Assembly: GCA_944390615.1 (NCBI GenBank)
Contig: CALXRJ010000084.1
Location: 1 to 43,294, forward strand
DNA length: 43,294 nt
Origin: an uncultured Clostridia bacterium
GTDB taxonomy: Bacteria; Bacillota; Clostridia; TANB77; CAG-508
Reading direction: 5' to 3'
A model generated the notes under the pieces. That model was not told where the DNA came from. It saw only the letters and a list, made by a program, of their open reading frames with translations, and did not search any database. The position numbers and the translations under genes are program-made. This document shows, one piece after another, positions 10,792 through 20,729 of this stretch. Position 1 is the stretch's first letter; every line of letters starts with the position of its first letter.

Positions 10792-11117
10792 TCTAAGTCA
10801 AAAGTCTTAAAATCAAAAATAAGCGTTTTTTTTGTAAAAACAAAGTAATTATACAAAAAAACAAAAAACAAAAAATAAATCGATTTTGAGAGATAATTTA
10901 AATGTATCAAAAATTTTTAGAAAAGAGTAACACACAGGTAAACTGATTATGCAAACATATAAAAAACAAAATTTCTTGTTCCACAAAGAAGAAAAATTGG
11001 AAAATTTTGGAATACAAATTCGTACACAAAAATCTTCTAAGTGTACACATAAAAGGGATAGAAGAAATTTAAAAAAGAGCAAAATTGAAAATAAAAATAG
11101 AAAGGAATGTAAATAAG

Positions 11118-13007
11118 ATGAGTTATTTTGCAGGGGAATATGATGTAGCAGATATTGGAGCAGGACATGCTGGATGCGAAGCAGCTTTAGCTTCAGCACG
11201 ATTAGGCATGAAAACATTAGTATTTTCAATTAGTTTAGAAGCAGTTGCTAATATGCCTTGTAATCCTCATATTGGAGGAAGTTCAAAAGGCCATTTAGTA
11301 AGAGAAATTGATTGTCTTGGTGGAGAGATGGGAAAAAATATTGATAAAACGATGATACAAATAAAAATGCTAAATACTTCTAAGGGACCGGCTGTTCATT
11401 CCTTAAGAGCACAAGCAGATAGAAAAAAATATCAAATGGAAATGAAACATACCTTGGAAAAACAGCAGAATTTAGAATTAAAACAAGCTGAAATTGTAAA
11501 AATTACAGTCGAAGATGGAAAAGTGAAGGCAATTGAAACAGATTTAGGAGCAATTTATCAGATAAAGAGTCTAATTGTTGCAACTGGCACCTATTTAAGT
11601 GGAAAAATTTTCATTGGGGAATATGCTAAAGAAAGTGGGCCTGACGGAGTATTTCCAGCTAATAAATTATCAAAATCTTTAGAAGATTTAGGAATTGAAT
11701 TGATAAGATTTAAAACAGGCACTCCAGCTAGAATTAATAGAAAAAGTATTGATTTTAGTAAAATGGAGATACAAAAAGGAGATCCCAATATTGTACCATT
11801 TTCTTTAGATGATGAAGTGAGAGATTTTGAGCAACAAGATTGCTATTTAACTTATACCAATGAAAAAACACACAAAATAATTAGAGAAAATTTACATCGT
11901 TCGCCACTTTTTGCAGGTGTGATAGAAGGAACTGGGCCTAGATATTGCCCTTCAATCGAAGATAAAGTAGTTAGATTTAGTGATAAACCAAGACATCAAG
12001 TTTTTGTTGAACCAATTGGTACTGATACAGATGAAATGTATATTCAAGGAATGAGTTCTTCTCTTCCAGAGGATGTGCAAATCGCCATGTATCGAACGAT
12101 TCCTGGCCTAGAACATTGTGAGTTTACCAGACCTGCCTATGCCATCGAATATGATTGTATTGATCCAGCTAAACTAAAACTTTCTTTAGAATATAAAGAT
12201 ATTGAAGGATTATTTTTCGCAGGACAAATTAATGGAACGTCTGGCTATGAAGAAGCAGCTTGTCAAGGTTTAATTGCTGGAATAAATAGTAGTTTAAAGA
12301 TCAAAGGGAAAGATCCACTGATTTTAGATAGAACACAGGGATATATTGGTGTTTTAATTGATGATATTGTAACAAAAGGAACGAATGAACCATACAGAAT
12401 GATGACTTCTCGTGCGGAATATAGACTTTTGTTACGTCAAGATAATGCAGATTTAAGACTAACACAAATTGGATATCAAATTGGTTTAATATCAGAAGAA
12501 AGATATCAAAAATTCTTAAAAAAGAAAGAAAATATCGAAAAAGAAATCAATCGATTGAAACAAACAGTAGTAAAACCCACAGAACAAACCAATGAATTTC
12601 TTACTAAGAAAGGAACGACTATCATTTCAACTGGTGTAAAATTAGCTGATTTACTAAAAAGAACAGAAATTACTTATGAAGATTTAAAAGAAATTGATCA
12701 GCAAAGACCAGAACTATCACAACAAGAAAAAGAAGAAGTTGAAATACAAATTAAATATGAAGGTTATATCAAAATGGAAGAAGAGCAAGTAGCAAAATTC
12801 AAAAAAATGGAAAGTAAAGCTCTTTCAGATAAAATTTGTTATCAAGAAATAAAAGGATTAAGATTAGAAGCAAGACAAAAATTAAATAAAATAAAACCAA
12901 TATCAATCGGACAGGCTTCTAGGATTTCAGGGGTTTCCCCAGCAGATATTAATGTACTTTTAATTTATTTGCAGATGCAAAGCAAAGAGCAAAATCAATC
13001 AAATTAA
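11118..13007 (+). CDS. mnmG: tRNA uridine 5-carboxymethylaminomethyl modification enzyme MnmG (GidA)
   Basis: [25 protein letters not shown] (FAD fold), [11 protein letters not shown] and [16 protein letters not shown]. The track ORF starts 33 nt earlier at a TTG. Confidence 0.95.
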   Translation: MSYFAGEYDVADIGAGHAGCEAALASARLGMKTLVFSISLEAVANMPCNPHIGGSSKGHLVREIDCLGGEMGKNIDKTMIQIKMLNTSKGPAVHSLRAQADRKKYQMEMKHTLEKQQNLELKQAEIVKITVEDGKVKAIETDLGAIYQIKSLIVATGTYLSGKIFIGEYAKESGPDGVFPANKLSKSLEDLGIELIRFKTGTPARINRKSIDFSKMEIQKGDPNIVPFSLDDEVRDFEQQDCYLTYTNEKTHKIIRENLHRSPLFAGVIEGTGPRYCPSIEDKVVRFSDKPRHQVFVEPIGTDTDEMYIQGMSSSLPEDVQIAMYRTIPGLEHCEFTRPAYAIEYDCIDPAKLKLSLEYKDIEGLFFAGQINGTSGYEEAACQGLIAGINSSLKIKGKDPLILDRTQGYIGVLIDDIVTKGTNEPYRMMTSRAEYRLLLRQDNADLRLTQIGYQIGLISEERYQKFLKKKENIEKEINRLKQTVVKPTEQTNEFLTKKGTTIISTGVKLADLLKRTEITYEDLKEIDQQRPELSQQEKEEVEIQIKYEGYIKMEEEQVAKFKKMESKALSDKICYQEIKGLRLEARQKLNKIKPISIGQASRISGVSPADINVLLIYLQMQSKEQNQSN

Positions 13008-13024
13008 GAAAGAAAGGATTTAAG

Positions 13025-13744
13025 ATGAAAGAGGATTTTGAAGCATATTTAACGGAGATGTTACAAGAAATGAATATAGAAATTAAAAAAAAGCAAGTAA
13101 ATCAGTTTTATGAATATATGAATTTACTTTTAGCATGGAATGAAAAAATTAATTTAACTGCTATTACAGAACAAAAAGCTATTATTTTGAAGCATTTTGT
13201 GGATTCTTTGACAATTTTAAAGGATTTAACAACCCAGCAAAAGATTGTAGATATAGGAACAGGAGCTGGATTTCCCGGAATACCACTTGCCATTATGGAT
13301 CCAACAAACCATTTTACATTAGTGGATTCTTTAAATAAGAGAATTAGCTTTTTAAATGAAGTAAAAGAAAAACTAAATTTAAAAAATATAGAAACAATTC
13401 ATTTAAGAGCAGAAGAATTGGGACAAAATAAATTTTATAGGGAAAAATATGATATAGCAGTATCAAGAGCAGTAGCAAATTTAACAGTACTTGCCGAATA
13501 TTTACTTCCCACTGTCAAAGTGGGGGGCAAGATAATTTGCATGAAAGGAAGTCAAATTGAACAAGAATTGAAAGAGGCGGAATTTGCTATAAAAGAATTA
13601 GGTGGAACAGTAGCTAGCCAAAAAGAATTTTATTTACCACAGACAGACATGAAAAGAAATATTATTGTAATCCAAAAAGTAAAAAATACTGCTCTCAAGT
13701 ATCCGAGAAAAGCAGGATTACCTTCCAAACAACCTTTAAGATAA
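13025..13744 (+). CDS. rsmG: 16S rRNA (guanine527-N7)-methyltransferase RsmG (GidB)
   Basis: NLTAI..HFVDSL and SAM motif VDIGTGAGFPGIPLAI. Follows mnmG. Confidence 0.92.
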   Translation: MKEDFEAYLTEMLQEMNIEIKKKQVNQFYEYMNLLLAWNEKINLTAITEQKAIILKHFVDSLTILKDLTTQQKIVDIGTGAGFPGIPLAIMDPTNHFTLVDSLNKRISFLNEVKEKLNLKNIETIHLRAEELGQNKFYREKYDIAVSRAVANLTVLAEYLLPTVKVGGKIICMKGSQIEQELKEAEFAIKELGGTVASQKEFYLPQTDMKRNIIVIQKVKNTALKYPRKAGLPSKQPLR

Positions 13745-13784
13745 ACATAGAAGGAATAGGATTTGGATAAAGTTTTATAAAAAG

Positions 13785-13865
13785 AGAATGTATGTTATAG
13801 GAATCAAAGGAAAAATGCAAACATGTAGTTTTCTATTATTTCCTACAACATACATTCTTTTTTTG
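13785..13865 (+). terminator. Long hairpin plus T-run after rsmG
   Basis: 19-bp arms at 13785-13803 and 13840-13858 (one mismatch), followed by TTTTTT. Confidence 0.45.
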
Positions 13866-14258
13866 TACTTTTTATAATGATAAAAGAAATTTGAAGTCGC
13901 ATCTAAAATTTGGCAAGCTTATTTTTCAAAAATAATTTATAAAAAGTCTGCTCAAGTTTCAGTTTTATTTGTAAATTTTGCTTTTTTTTAAAAACGTAAC
14001 TGCGCAAACCCGCATACGTCTAAGCAATTAGACCACTATATTTGTGGAACAATTGCGTGGAACACAAGTATCCGCAAGCAAAACTATTAGTATGATTGTC
14101 GTATTTTGTCGAATGGTAAAACCAATATGTAAACTTTTACTAAAAGAGAATAAAAAAAAAAAAAATAATAATAACCATTTGAGGCTTCTCTGCAATATGA
14201 ATACACCGTAAATAGTAATTTAGGTAAAAGAAATTTTTGAAAATTTAAGAAAATAATA

Positions 14259-14287
14259 TTGACATATGATAAATATTTGTATATTAT
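14259..14287 (+). promoter_or_regulatory. Sigma-A type promoter of parAB
   Basis: TTGACA (14259-14264), 17-nt spacer, TATTAT (14282-14287), about 75 nt upstream of parA. Confidence 0.45.
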
Positions 14288-14361
14288 AAATATATTAAAA
14301 AAGCGGTAAATATAACCAAAAACGAGTTTACATAAAACTAAACATAAAGAAAAAAGATCTA

Positions 14362-15165
14362 ATGGGAGGGAGTAAATTGGGAAAAATAATAGCAGTAGCC
14401 AATCAAAAAGGTGGGGTAGGCAAAACCACAACAACCATTAATTTAAGTACAATTTTAGCCAAGAAAGGAAAAAAAGTTTTATTGATCGATACAGATCCAC
14501 AAGGAAATGCCACAAGTGGTCTTGGAATTGACAAAGAAATAGATTTATCTACCTATGATTTATTAGTTACAGAAGTTGGAGCAGAAGAAATTATACAAGA
14601 AACCGGCATAAAGAATTTGAGCATTTCTCCTTCAAATATGAATTTAGCGGGAGCAGAAGTTCAATTAGTTTCGATGATGTCAAGAGAAAAAAGAATGAAA
14701 GAAAAATTAGATGTCATTAAAGATGATTATGATTTTATACTAATCGATTGTCCTCCATCTTTAGGATTGATTACCTTAAATGCCTTTACAGCAGCAGACA
14801 GTGTATTGATTCCGGTACAATGTGAGTATTATGCTTTAGAAGGATTAGGACAACTTTTAAATACAGTAGAGCTAGTAAGAAAACATCTCAATAAAAATTT
14901 ATATGTTGAAGGAGCTCTTTTAACCATGTATGATATCAGAACCAATCTTGCCAATCAAGTAGTAAAAGAAGTAAAAAGGTTTTTCCAAAACAAAGTGTAT
15001 AAGACAGTTATTCCTAGAAATGTAAGAGTCAGTGAGGCACCAAGTTATGGCATGCCAATCACTATCTATGACCCTAAATCAAAAGGAGCCAGGAGCTATG
15101 AGAAATTTACAAAAGAATTTTTGAAAATAAATGAGCAAGAACTTAAAGCACGAAATAAGGGATAA
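14362..15165 (+). CDS. parA: Chromosome partitioning ATPase ParA/Soj
   Basis: Deviant Walker A (VANQKGGVGKTTTTINL), ILIDCPPSLG and the conserved C-terminal block IPRNVRVSEAPSYG. Confidence 0.92.
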   Translation: MGGSKLGKIIAVANQKGGVGKTTTTINLSTILAKKGKKVLLIDTDPQGNATSGLGIDKEIDLSTYDLLVTEVGAEEIIQETGIKNLSISPSNMNLAGAEVQLVSMMSREKRMKEKLDVIKDDYDFILIDCPPSLGLITLNAFTAADSVLIPVQCEYYALEGLGQLLNTVELVRKHLNKNLYVEGALLTMYDIRTNLANQVVKEVKRFFQNKVYKTVIPRNVRVSEAPSYGMPITIYDPKSKGARSYEKFTKEFLKINEQELKARNKG

Positions 15166-15242
15166 GAAGTAAAAATACACGATTAGTGAACAAACAAAAA
15201 AAAGAAGAAAAAGCTTAAGCTAAAAAGTTTAAGGAAGAAAGG

Positions 15243-16100
15243 ATGATAAAAATGGTAAAAAAAACAGGGCTAGGAAAAGGGTTAGATGCTTTGTTCTCAA
15301 TGCCTGTAGCAGAAGAAGAACAAAAACAAGCAAATGATATTTTAAAAAATTTAAAAATAATTGATATAGAACCAAATAGAGATCAACCGAGAAAGAATTT
15401 TGACGAAGAATCGCTTTCAGAACTAGCAGAATCCATAAAAATGTATGGTGTTATTCAACCAATTGTTGTATCTGAAAAAGATGGCTATTATGCCATTATT
15501 GCAGGAGAAAGAAGATGGAGAGCTGCCAAACAAGCAGGATTAAAAGAAATTCCAGCAATCATTAGAGAAGATGATGCCAGAAAAAATAAGGAAATTTCCT
15601 TAATCGAAAACATGCAAAGAGAAGATTTAAATCCATATGAAAAAGCAGCAGGTATTAGAGCATTAATGGATGATTATCATTTAACCCAAGAAGAAATTGC
15701 CAAAGTTTTAGGAAAAGGAAGAAGCAGTATAGCCAATTCTGTAAGAATATTAAATTTAGCACCAGCTGTATTAGAACTTGCTAAACAAGGGAAATTAACA
15801 GAAGGGCATTGTAAAGCACTACTTTCTATTAGTGATCCTATGAAACAATTTGATATGGCTACAAGAATGATTGAAAAAGGAGAAACTGTAAGGCAAGCTG
15901 AAAAAAAGATGCATCACCAAAAAGTCAATAAAGAAATAGCAGAAAAATACGATATTGTTTATCGAAATATAGAAGATTCATTTCAAAATTTTTTCGGTAC
16001 AAAAGTAAAAATTGATGCAGGGAAAAGAAGTGGAAAAATCATAATTAATTATACCAATAATGATGACCTAGAAAGAATATTAGGATTAATTAACAAATGA
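15243..16100 (+). CDS. parB: Chromosome partitioning protein ParB/Spo0J
   Basis: GLGKGLDAL, ParB box IIAGERRWRAAKQAGL, HTH (LTQEEIAKVLGKGRSSIANSVRIL). The second ATG at 15252 is also possible. Confidence 0.92.
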   Translation: MIKMVKKTGLGKGLDALFSMPVAEEEQKQANDILKNLKIIDIEPNRDQPRKNFDEESLSELAESIKMYGVIQPIVVSEKDGYYAIIAGERRWRAAKQAGLKEIPAIIREDDARKNKEISLIENMQREDLNPYEKAAGIRALMDDYHLTQEEIAKVLGKGRSSIANSVRILNLAPAVLELAKQGKLTEGHCKALLSISDPMKQFDMATRMIEKGETVRQAEKKMHHQKVNKEIAEKYDIVYRNIEDSFQNFFGTKVKIDAGKRSGKIIINYTNNDDLERILGLINK

Positions 16101-16174
16101 GTATAGAAAGTGCCAGAAAATAGTAAGGCAAAAATATAGAAATTTACAAAATTAAAAGAAACTAGGAGGAAAAA

Positions 16175-16675
16175 TTGGATTTTTTGCATAGTGATTGGTT
16201 TTTAATCATATTATTTATCTTAAATATTATTTTATTAATTTGTTCCATTATCAGTAACATTAGAATAAAAAACATCCATCAAAAAGATAAATTGTTTATG
16301 GAAAAATTAGGTAATGGAAAAAATATAAAAGAAGATTTAGACAAATATATGAATAGAGTAGCAAATACAGAAGAAGAAATTAGAAAACTTTCCTTATATT
16401 ATAAAGAATTAGAAAATAAAACACAAAAATGCATTCAAAAAGTTGGAATTGTAAGGTATAATGCTTATAAAGATACAGGTAGTGATTTAAGTTTTGCAGT
16501 TTGCTTATTAGATGAAAAAAATGACGGAATTGTGTTAAATGGAATTTATGCAAGAGACATGTCTAATATTTATGCAAAGCCTCTTGAAAATGGTATTTCA
16601 AAATATAAAGTGACACCAGAAGAACAAGAAGCAATTGATAGAGCTATGAATGAGGGAAATCGCTATCTTAGTTGA
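16175..16675 (+). CDS. DUF4446-like membrane-anchored protein (commonly follows parB in Clostridia)
   Basis: TTG start after AGGAGG. N-terminal TM helix, a coiled-coil segment, and a conserved-looking C-terminal block (VGIVRYNAYKDTGSDLSFAVCLLDEKNDGIVLNGIY). Family assignment is from memory. Confidence 0.55.
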   Translation: MDFLHSDWFLIILFILNIILLICSIISNIRIKNIHQKDKLFMEKLGNGKNIKEDLDKYMNRVANTEEEIRKLSLYYKELENKTQKCIQKVGIVRYNAYKDTGSDLSFAVCLLDEKNDGIVLNGIYARDMSNIYAKPLENGISKYKVTPEEQEAIDRAMNEGNRYLS

Positions 16676-16705
16676 AAAAATTTGAAAATTTTTCAAATTT
16701 AAGTA

Positions 16706-16735
16706 TTGACAAACGGCTAAATACTGTGTTATTAT
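16706..16735 (+). promoter_or_regulatory. Promoter of the tRNA-Ser pair
   Basis: TTGACA (16706-16711), 18-nt spacer, extended -10 TGtTATTAT (-10 hexamer at 16730-16735). Confidence 0.5.
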
Positions 16736-16754
16736 AGACAAGGTTTAGCCAAAT

Positions 16755-16846
<92 letters not shown>

Positions 16847-16915
16847 ATCTATATAAGCGTAGAGATACTATTCTAACAATCTTCTACGATTTTTTTAACT
16901 ATATATGAATAATTT

Positions 16916-17005
16916 GGAGAAATACCCAAGTGGTGAAGGGGACAGTTTGCTAAACTGTTAGGTCGAGCAATCGGCGCGAGGGTTCGAACCCCTCTTTCTC
17001 CGCCA
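16916..17005 (+). tRNA. tRNA-Ser (anticodon GCU), class II, CCA encoded
   Basis: Acceptor GGAGAAA/TTTCTCC, anticodon stem acagt/actgt with loop tT-GCT-Aa, long extra arm, T-arm GGGTTCGAACCCC, G plus CCA. Confidence 0.9.
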
Positions 17006-17008
17006 AAG

Positions 17009-17046
17009 AAACATTAGCTGCTAGAAAGAAAGCTAATGTTTTTTTT
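17009..17046 (+). terminator. Rho-independent terminator after the tRNA pair
   Basis: aacattagct (17010-17019) pairs with agctaatgtt (17031-17040), followed by TTTTTT. Confidence 0.75.
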
Positions 17047-17152
17047 AGGAAAATAATTTTACTACGAATTAATAGAATTAAAAAAACGCATCAGCAGAAT
17101 TAGAATTTGTAACCATAAAAAACAAATTATGTTCACAAAACACTGGAAATGG

Positions 17153-17181
17153 TTGACAAATAAAGTATTTTAAGGTAAAAT
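17153..17181 (+). promoter_or_regulatory. Sigma-A type promoter at the left edge of the block
   Basis: TTGACA (17153-17158), 17-nt spacer, TAAAAT (17176-17181), 20 nt before the SD/ATG at 17201. Confidence 0.5.
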
Positions 17182-17200
17182 AAAAGGTGAGGTGATAAAA

Positions 17201-18785
17201 ATGGGTGTTTTTAGAAATATAAGTTCACGAGTAAAATCGATTGAAGAAATAGTAGAAGATTTAAAAAACACAGGAGTTGCAAAAGACGAAGTTGAAACTT
17301 ATGAATTTTTAAGTGAAGTTGTAAAAAAAGATATAAAAGATATCAATAAATTAAACAAACAATTAGATAAAGAATTTGAAAAGTTACAAAAAGCAGATCG
17401 AAAAATTGAGCAAATCGAGAGAAAGCGTGAAAAAATCAAAGAAAAGGTTCGGAGCACCAGCAGCATTAAAATTATCTAGAATTGTTTTTTGGAGTAAAAA
17501 AGGAAAAGAATATAGAATGCTTAAAAAACAATTAAAAATAGCTAAAACAAAAAGAAAAATTGCAGAAAAAGCAATTAAGCAAATCAAGGCACAATTAAAA
17601 AGACCAATGAACAAGTTAAAAGCTTCAAAGAAAAATTTAAAAAACAAGGGAAAAGACCTAAAAAGCTTATGGAGGCAATACAAGTTCGAAATGAAGCTAG
17701 TAAAGGATTTTGAATATAATAGGCCAAAACTAGAACAAGTTTATGACCAAGCAAGTATAAAAGCAATCGAATCTTGTGTACAAGCCTTAAAAGAAAAAGG
17801 CGAAGTGCCATTAGAAATAGACATAAAATCATTATGTGAAGAAATAGATAAAGCGCAAAAAGGTAAAAAAGGAAACAAAAAAGAAATCAGTCTTGTTAAA
17901 GTAGCTAGAGAGAGAGGAACAACGGTAAAAGAATTATTAGGAATTAGTAAAAAGAAGAAAGCAAATCAAATAGAACAAGAACAAAATCAAGAGTCAGAAC
18001 AAAAAGATGCAGAAACAAGAACAGAAGATATGCAAGAATTTATGGAAGCCAATATAAAAACTAGAGATAAAATGCAAAAAGGCAAATATACCATTGAAAC
18101 AGAAGAACAACAAGAAGAATTTGAAAATTCGGAAATAGATGTAGCAGCACCTACTTGGGCACAAGAAGATGTAGAACAAAACGAAAAAGATACTGCCCAA
18201 AGACCAACTTTAATGCAGGATAAAGAGCAAATTGAAGCAAAACTAAAAGAATTAAAAGATAAACATATAAAAGGTAAAGAAGTGGAAGAATTAGAAAAAG
18301 ATTTAGCAAGAGTAGAGGAATTGCTAAGCAAATCACAAGAAAAAGAGCAAAAAGAAGAAAAGCAAGAAGAAAACAAGCAAGAAAATGATTTTAGAAAATC
18401 ACTTAGAACAGGAATTATATTCCATAATTCATCAATAGATCGAAGAAAAATTGAAGAAATGCAAAAACAACAAAATAATAAAATATTAAAAAGCATGACT
18501 CCTGAAGAATATATGGCATATATAGGATATGTACAAACACAAAAACAATTTGGAAAAAATGTAAAATATGAAGAATTTTTACAACAAATCAGTCAAAATC
18601 CTGAAACAGGAGAATTGTATGCCAAAAGAGCCGTAAAATCACTAGAAAAGATAGAAGGCAATAAGAGTGAAGATGAAATTGAAAAAATGAGTGAAAGTGA
18701 TAAATTCCTATATGGCATAGCAGAAGACTACAGAGACATTCAAGAAGAAACAATAGAACAAGCAGGACAGGCACAAACAAGGTAA
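17201..18785 (+). CDS. Lys/Glu-rich coiled-coil protein (~527 aa if joined), +1 frame change at 17450
   Basis: ATG at 17201 after AAGGTGAGGTGA. Frame 1 ends at 17479. The +1 frame (open from 17367) carries the 469-aa track ORF. The in-frame CGG at 17450 lies inside the overlap. Highly charged, with no recognisable catalytic motif. Confidence 0.55.
17450..17453 (+). other. Putative +1 recoding site: GTT-CGG-A read as GTT-C|GGA
   Basis: The only in-frame CGG of the upstream ORF. The downstream frame continues GAPAALKLSR... Confidence 0.45.
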
Positions 18786-18820
18786 AAAGATAAAAAAATG
18801 TCATTTTTTGCAATAAAAAC

Positions 18821-18849
18821 TTGCAAAAAATAAGAAAAAGATTTATAAT
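18821..18849 (+). promoter_or_regulatory. Sigma-A type promoter ahead of the pilin-type genes
   Basis: TTGCAA (18821-18826), 17-nt spacer, TATAAT (18844-18849). Confidence 0.5.
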
Positions 18850-18872
18850 AAAAGAGAATGTGGGTGATCAAA

Positions 18873-19322
18873 ATGAAAAAATATGTCATAAAAACATTGT
18901 TTTTTATCATAGTATTTATTTTAATAATGGGAACCCCTTATTCTAATGCAGATACTTTACATTTAGATATCACATCAGATGAATTTGTAGAACAGTTTGA
19001 TCCAAACAAAGAAATGAGTAATGAGGTAGATGCGATTGCTACACCAATTTCTACATCAATTATTAATATTGTAGAAATAATATTAGGCATTATTCAACTA
19101 ATAGGAGGAATTTTAGCTGTTATAGCAATTACCATGTTTGGTTTTAATCTAGTTTTAGCAACCCATAAACCTTTAGCAATGGATTTAGGGTTTGGAAAAA
19201 CACCAGATGACCGAAAAGCTATGGTAGATTTTGCAAGAAGTTTACTAATTGGAGCAGTATTGTTATTCTCTAGTGGAACATTTGTCAAAATAATGTTAGG
19301 CATATTATTGGAAAGTGGGTGA
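18873..19322 (+). CDS. VirB2/TrbC-like pilin-type small membrane protein, paralogue 1
   Basis: Signal peptide (MKKYVIKTLFFIIVFILIMGTPYSNA), an acidic segment, then a hydrophobic hairpin (..ILGIIQLIGGILAVIAITMFGF.. loop ..LLIGAVLLFSSG..). Ends with TGA. Assignment rests on topology and on position upstream of VirB3/VirB4. Confidence 0.45.
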   Translation: MKKYVIKTLFFIIVFILIMGTPYSNADTLHLDITSDEFVEQFDPNKEMSNEVDAIATPISTSIINIVEIILGIIQLIGGILAVIAITMFGFNLVLATHKPLAMDLGFGKTPDDRKAMVDFARSLLIGAVLLFSSGTFVKIMLGILLESG

Positions 19323-19328
19323 TTGAAT

Positions 19329-19769
19329 ATGAAATTGAAAAAAAATATTATATCAATCATTACCATCATAACGGTACTTATGATAAACTTAAACCAGGTT
19401 GTATATGCATCTGATAACTCTAGGGGCTGGGTACAAAAAGCATTTGATGAGGCAAATTCCTTTTTAACAGATGATAGTGTAGAAGACGATTTGGGAATTT
19501 TTGGTAATTTACTAGGAGAATTTACCAACATCATCCAAGGAATTAATGTTGTACTATTAGTATTACTAGCAGGATTATCAGCTATTTCCTTAGCAGTTGT
19601 TGGTGTTAAATATATCATGGCAGGTGATTCGCCACATAATAAAGAAAATGCTAAAAAAAGTTTACATACAGTATTTATAGGAATGGTCTATGGTTTTGGC
19701 GCATATGTTATATGGACAATCTCCATGGAAATTGTAAACTTAATAATGGGAGCTTTTGCTCAAGGTTAA
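19329..19769 (+). CDS. VirB2/TrbC-like pilin-type small membrane protein, paralogue 2
   Basis: Signal peptide ending VYA-SD, then a two-helix hairpin with a basic loop (..VGVKYIMAGDSPHNKENAKKSLHTVFIGMVYGFG..). Confidence 0.45.
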   Translation: MKLKKNIISIITIITVLMINLNQVVYASDNSRGWVQKAFDEANSFLTDDSVEDDLGIFGNLLGEFTNIIQGINVVLLVLLAGLSAISLAVVGVKYIMAGDSPHNKENAKKSLHTVFIGMVYGFGAYVIWTISMEIVNLIMGAFAQG

Positions 19770-19822
19770 ATTTAGATATTAAATTTTTAAATATATTTTA
19801 TTTGAAGAAGGGAGGAGAATTT

Positions 19823-20197
19823 ATGAAAACTTTAAAAAAAGTATTCATTGTTTTACTTGTAATAGGATGTGTATTTGGAATCATGTCACAAAATATTTCA
19901 ATGGCAGCAAGTGCAGATGTAAGTACAATTGTAGGAGGAGTTGAAGCACAAAACCCAGATTCATCTTTAGCAACAGATTTCCAAACTACGATTGGTAAAT
20001 TACTAGGTTTCTTACAAATAGCTTCTGGATTAATTGCAATTTTAATGATTGCTATCACAGGTTTTAACTACATAGTATCAACACCAGATGTAAAAGAAGA
20101 AATGAAAAAGAAAATGTTCCCAATTATTGTTGGATTTGTACTAGTTTTCGGAGCAGTATCAATTGCTAGATTCATTTTAGGCGCAGTTGGAGCTTAA
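19823..20197 (+). CDS. VirB2/TrbC-like pilin-type small membrane protein, paralogue 3
   Basis: ATG after GGGAGGAG (the track ORF is extended upstream to 19712). Signal peptide ..SMAAS, then LLGFLQIASGLIAILMIAITGFNYIVSTPDVKEEMKKKMFPIIVGFVLVFGAVSIARFILGAVGA. Confidence 0.55.
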   Translation: MKTLKKVFIVLLVIGCVFGIMSQNISMAASADVSTIVGGVEAQNPDSSLATDFQTTIGKLLGFLQIASGLIAILMIAITGFNYIVSTPDVKEEMKKKMFPIIVGFVLVFGAVSIARFILGAVGA

Positions 20198-20223
20198 AAC
20201 TAAAGAATTTACAAATAGAAAAA

Positions 20224-20261
20224 AAGCAATTTATGTTACAAAGCCATAAATTGCTTTTTTT
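20224..20261 (+). terminator. Rho-independent terminator/attenuator after pilin paralogue 3
   Basis: 12-bp arms aagcaatttatg and cataaattgctt, followed by a T-run. Confidence 0.65.
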
Positions 20262-20318
20262 CAAAAAAGAATATAAATAGCAAGAATAAATTATATACGT
20301 AAAGGAGGGATCTGTTGT

Positions 20319-20699
20319 ATGAAAATATGTAAAAAAATTTTTTTAGCATTACTTCTAATAACTTGTATGTTAACAGTTATTCCGTCAAATTTTACAGAAG
20401 TTGAGGCAGCAAGTAGTGTAAGTTCTCTTGTTGGAAAGTTGGAAGGAGAAAAACCGGAAGATAGTTTATCTAGGGGTTTAAGAACAAGGATTAGTCAATT
20501 ATTAGGATTTGTACAACTAGCAGCAGGAATCATATCTGTTGTTGTAATTTGTTTTACAGGTTTTAATTATATAGTAGCTTCTACACCTGATATGAAAGAG
20601 GAAATAAAGAAAAAAATGTTACCATTGGTTATTGGAATGGTACTTGTATTTGGTGCTGCATCAATTGCTCAATTTATTTTAGGTGCAGTTGGAGGTTAA
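20319..20699 (+). CDS. VirB2/TrbC-like pilin-type small membrane protein, paralogue 4
   Basis: SD AAAGGAGGG. The C-terminal 70 aa are nearly identical to paralogue 5 and clearly homologous to paralogue 3. Confidence 0.55.
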   Translation: MKICKKIFLALLLITCMLTVIPSNFTEVEAASSVSSLVGKLEGEKPEDSLSRGLRTRISQLLGFVQLAAGIISVVVICFTGFNYIVASTPDMKEEIKKKMLPLVIGMVLVFGAASIAQFILGAVGG

Positions 20700-20729
20700 T
20701 AAAGTGAATGAAAGAAAGGGGTGGATGAT

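Noticed and set aside
10849-11229. 126-aa minus-strand ORF spanning the mnmE-mnmG spacer and the start of mnmG
   Set aside because: It overlaps the conserved mnmG N-terminus in antisense and gives a Leu/Phe-rich artefact translation. The spacer itself shows nothing beyond AT-rich sequence.
14087-14434. 115-aa minus-strand ORF overlapping the parA promoter and start
   Set aside because: It is antisense to the parA Walker A region, has no SD, and gives a low-complexity hydrophobic translation.
17384-18813. Several minus-strand ORFs (99, 82, 169, 68, 61 and 74 aa) opposite the Lys/Glu-rich gene
   Set aside because: The purine-rich sense strand (GAA/AAA codons) gives stop-poor Phe/Leu/Ser-rich antisense frames. 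This is a typical artefact.
19320-19322. Alternative genetic code (UGA as sense, Mollicutes-like), considered because of extreme AT-richness
   Set aside because: TGA terminates well-defined genes (for example pilin paralogue 1 at 19320-19322). Conserved Trp positions use TGG, and no conserved gene needs TGA read-through.
19094-19618. 174-aa minus-strand ORF across pilin-type genes 1 and 2
   Set aside because: It is antisense to two genes that have signal peptides, SDs and paralogues. It has no SD of its own.
19712-19822. N-terminal extension of pilin paralogue 3 in the ORF track (start at 19712)
   Set aside because: The extension overlaps the end of the previous gene and the spacer. The ATG at 19823 follows GGGAGGAG and begins a canonical signal peptide like its paralogues.
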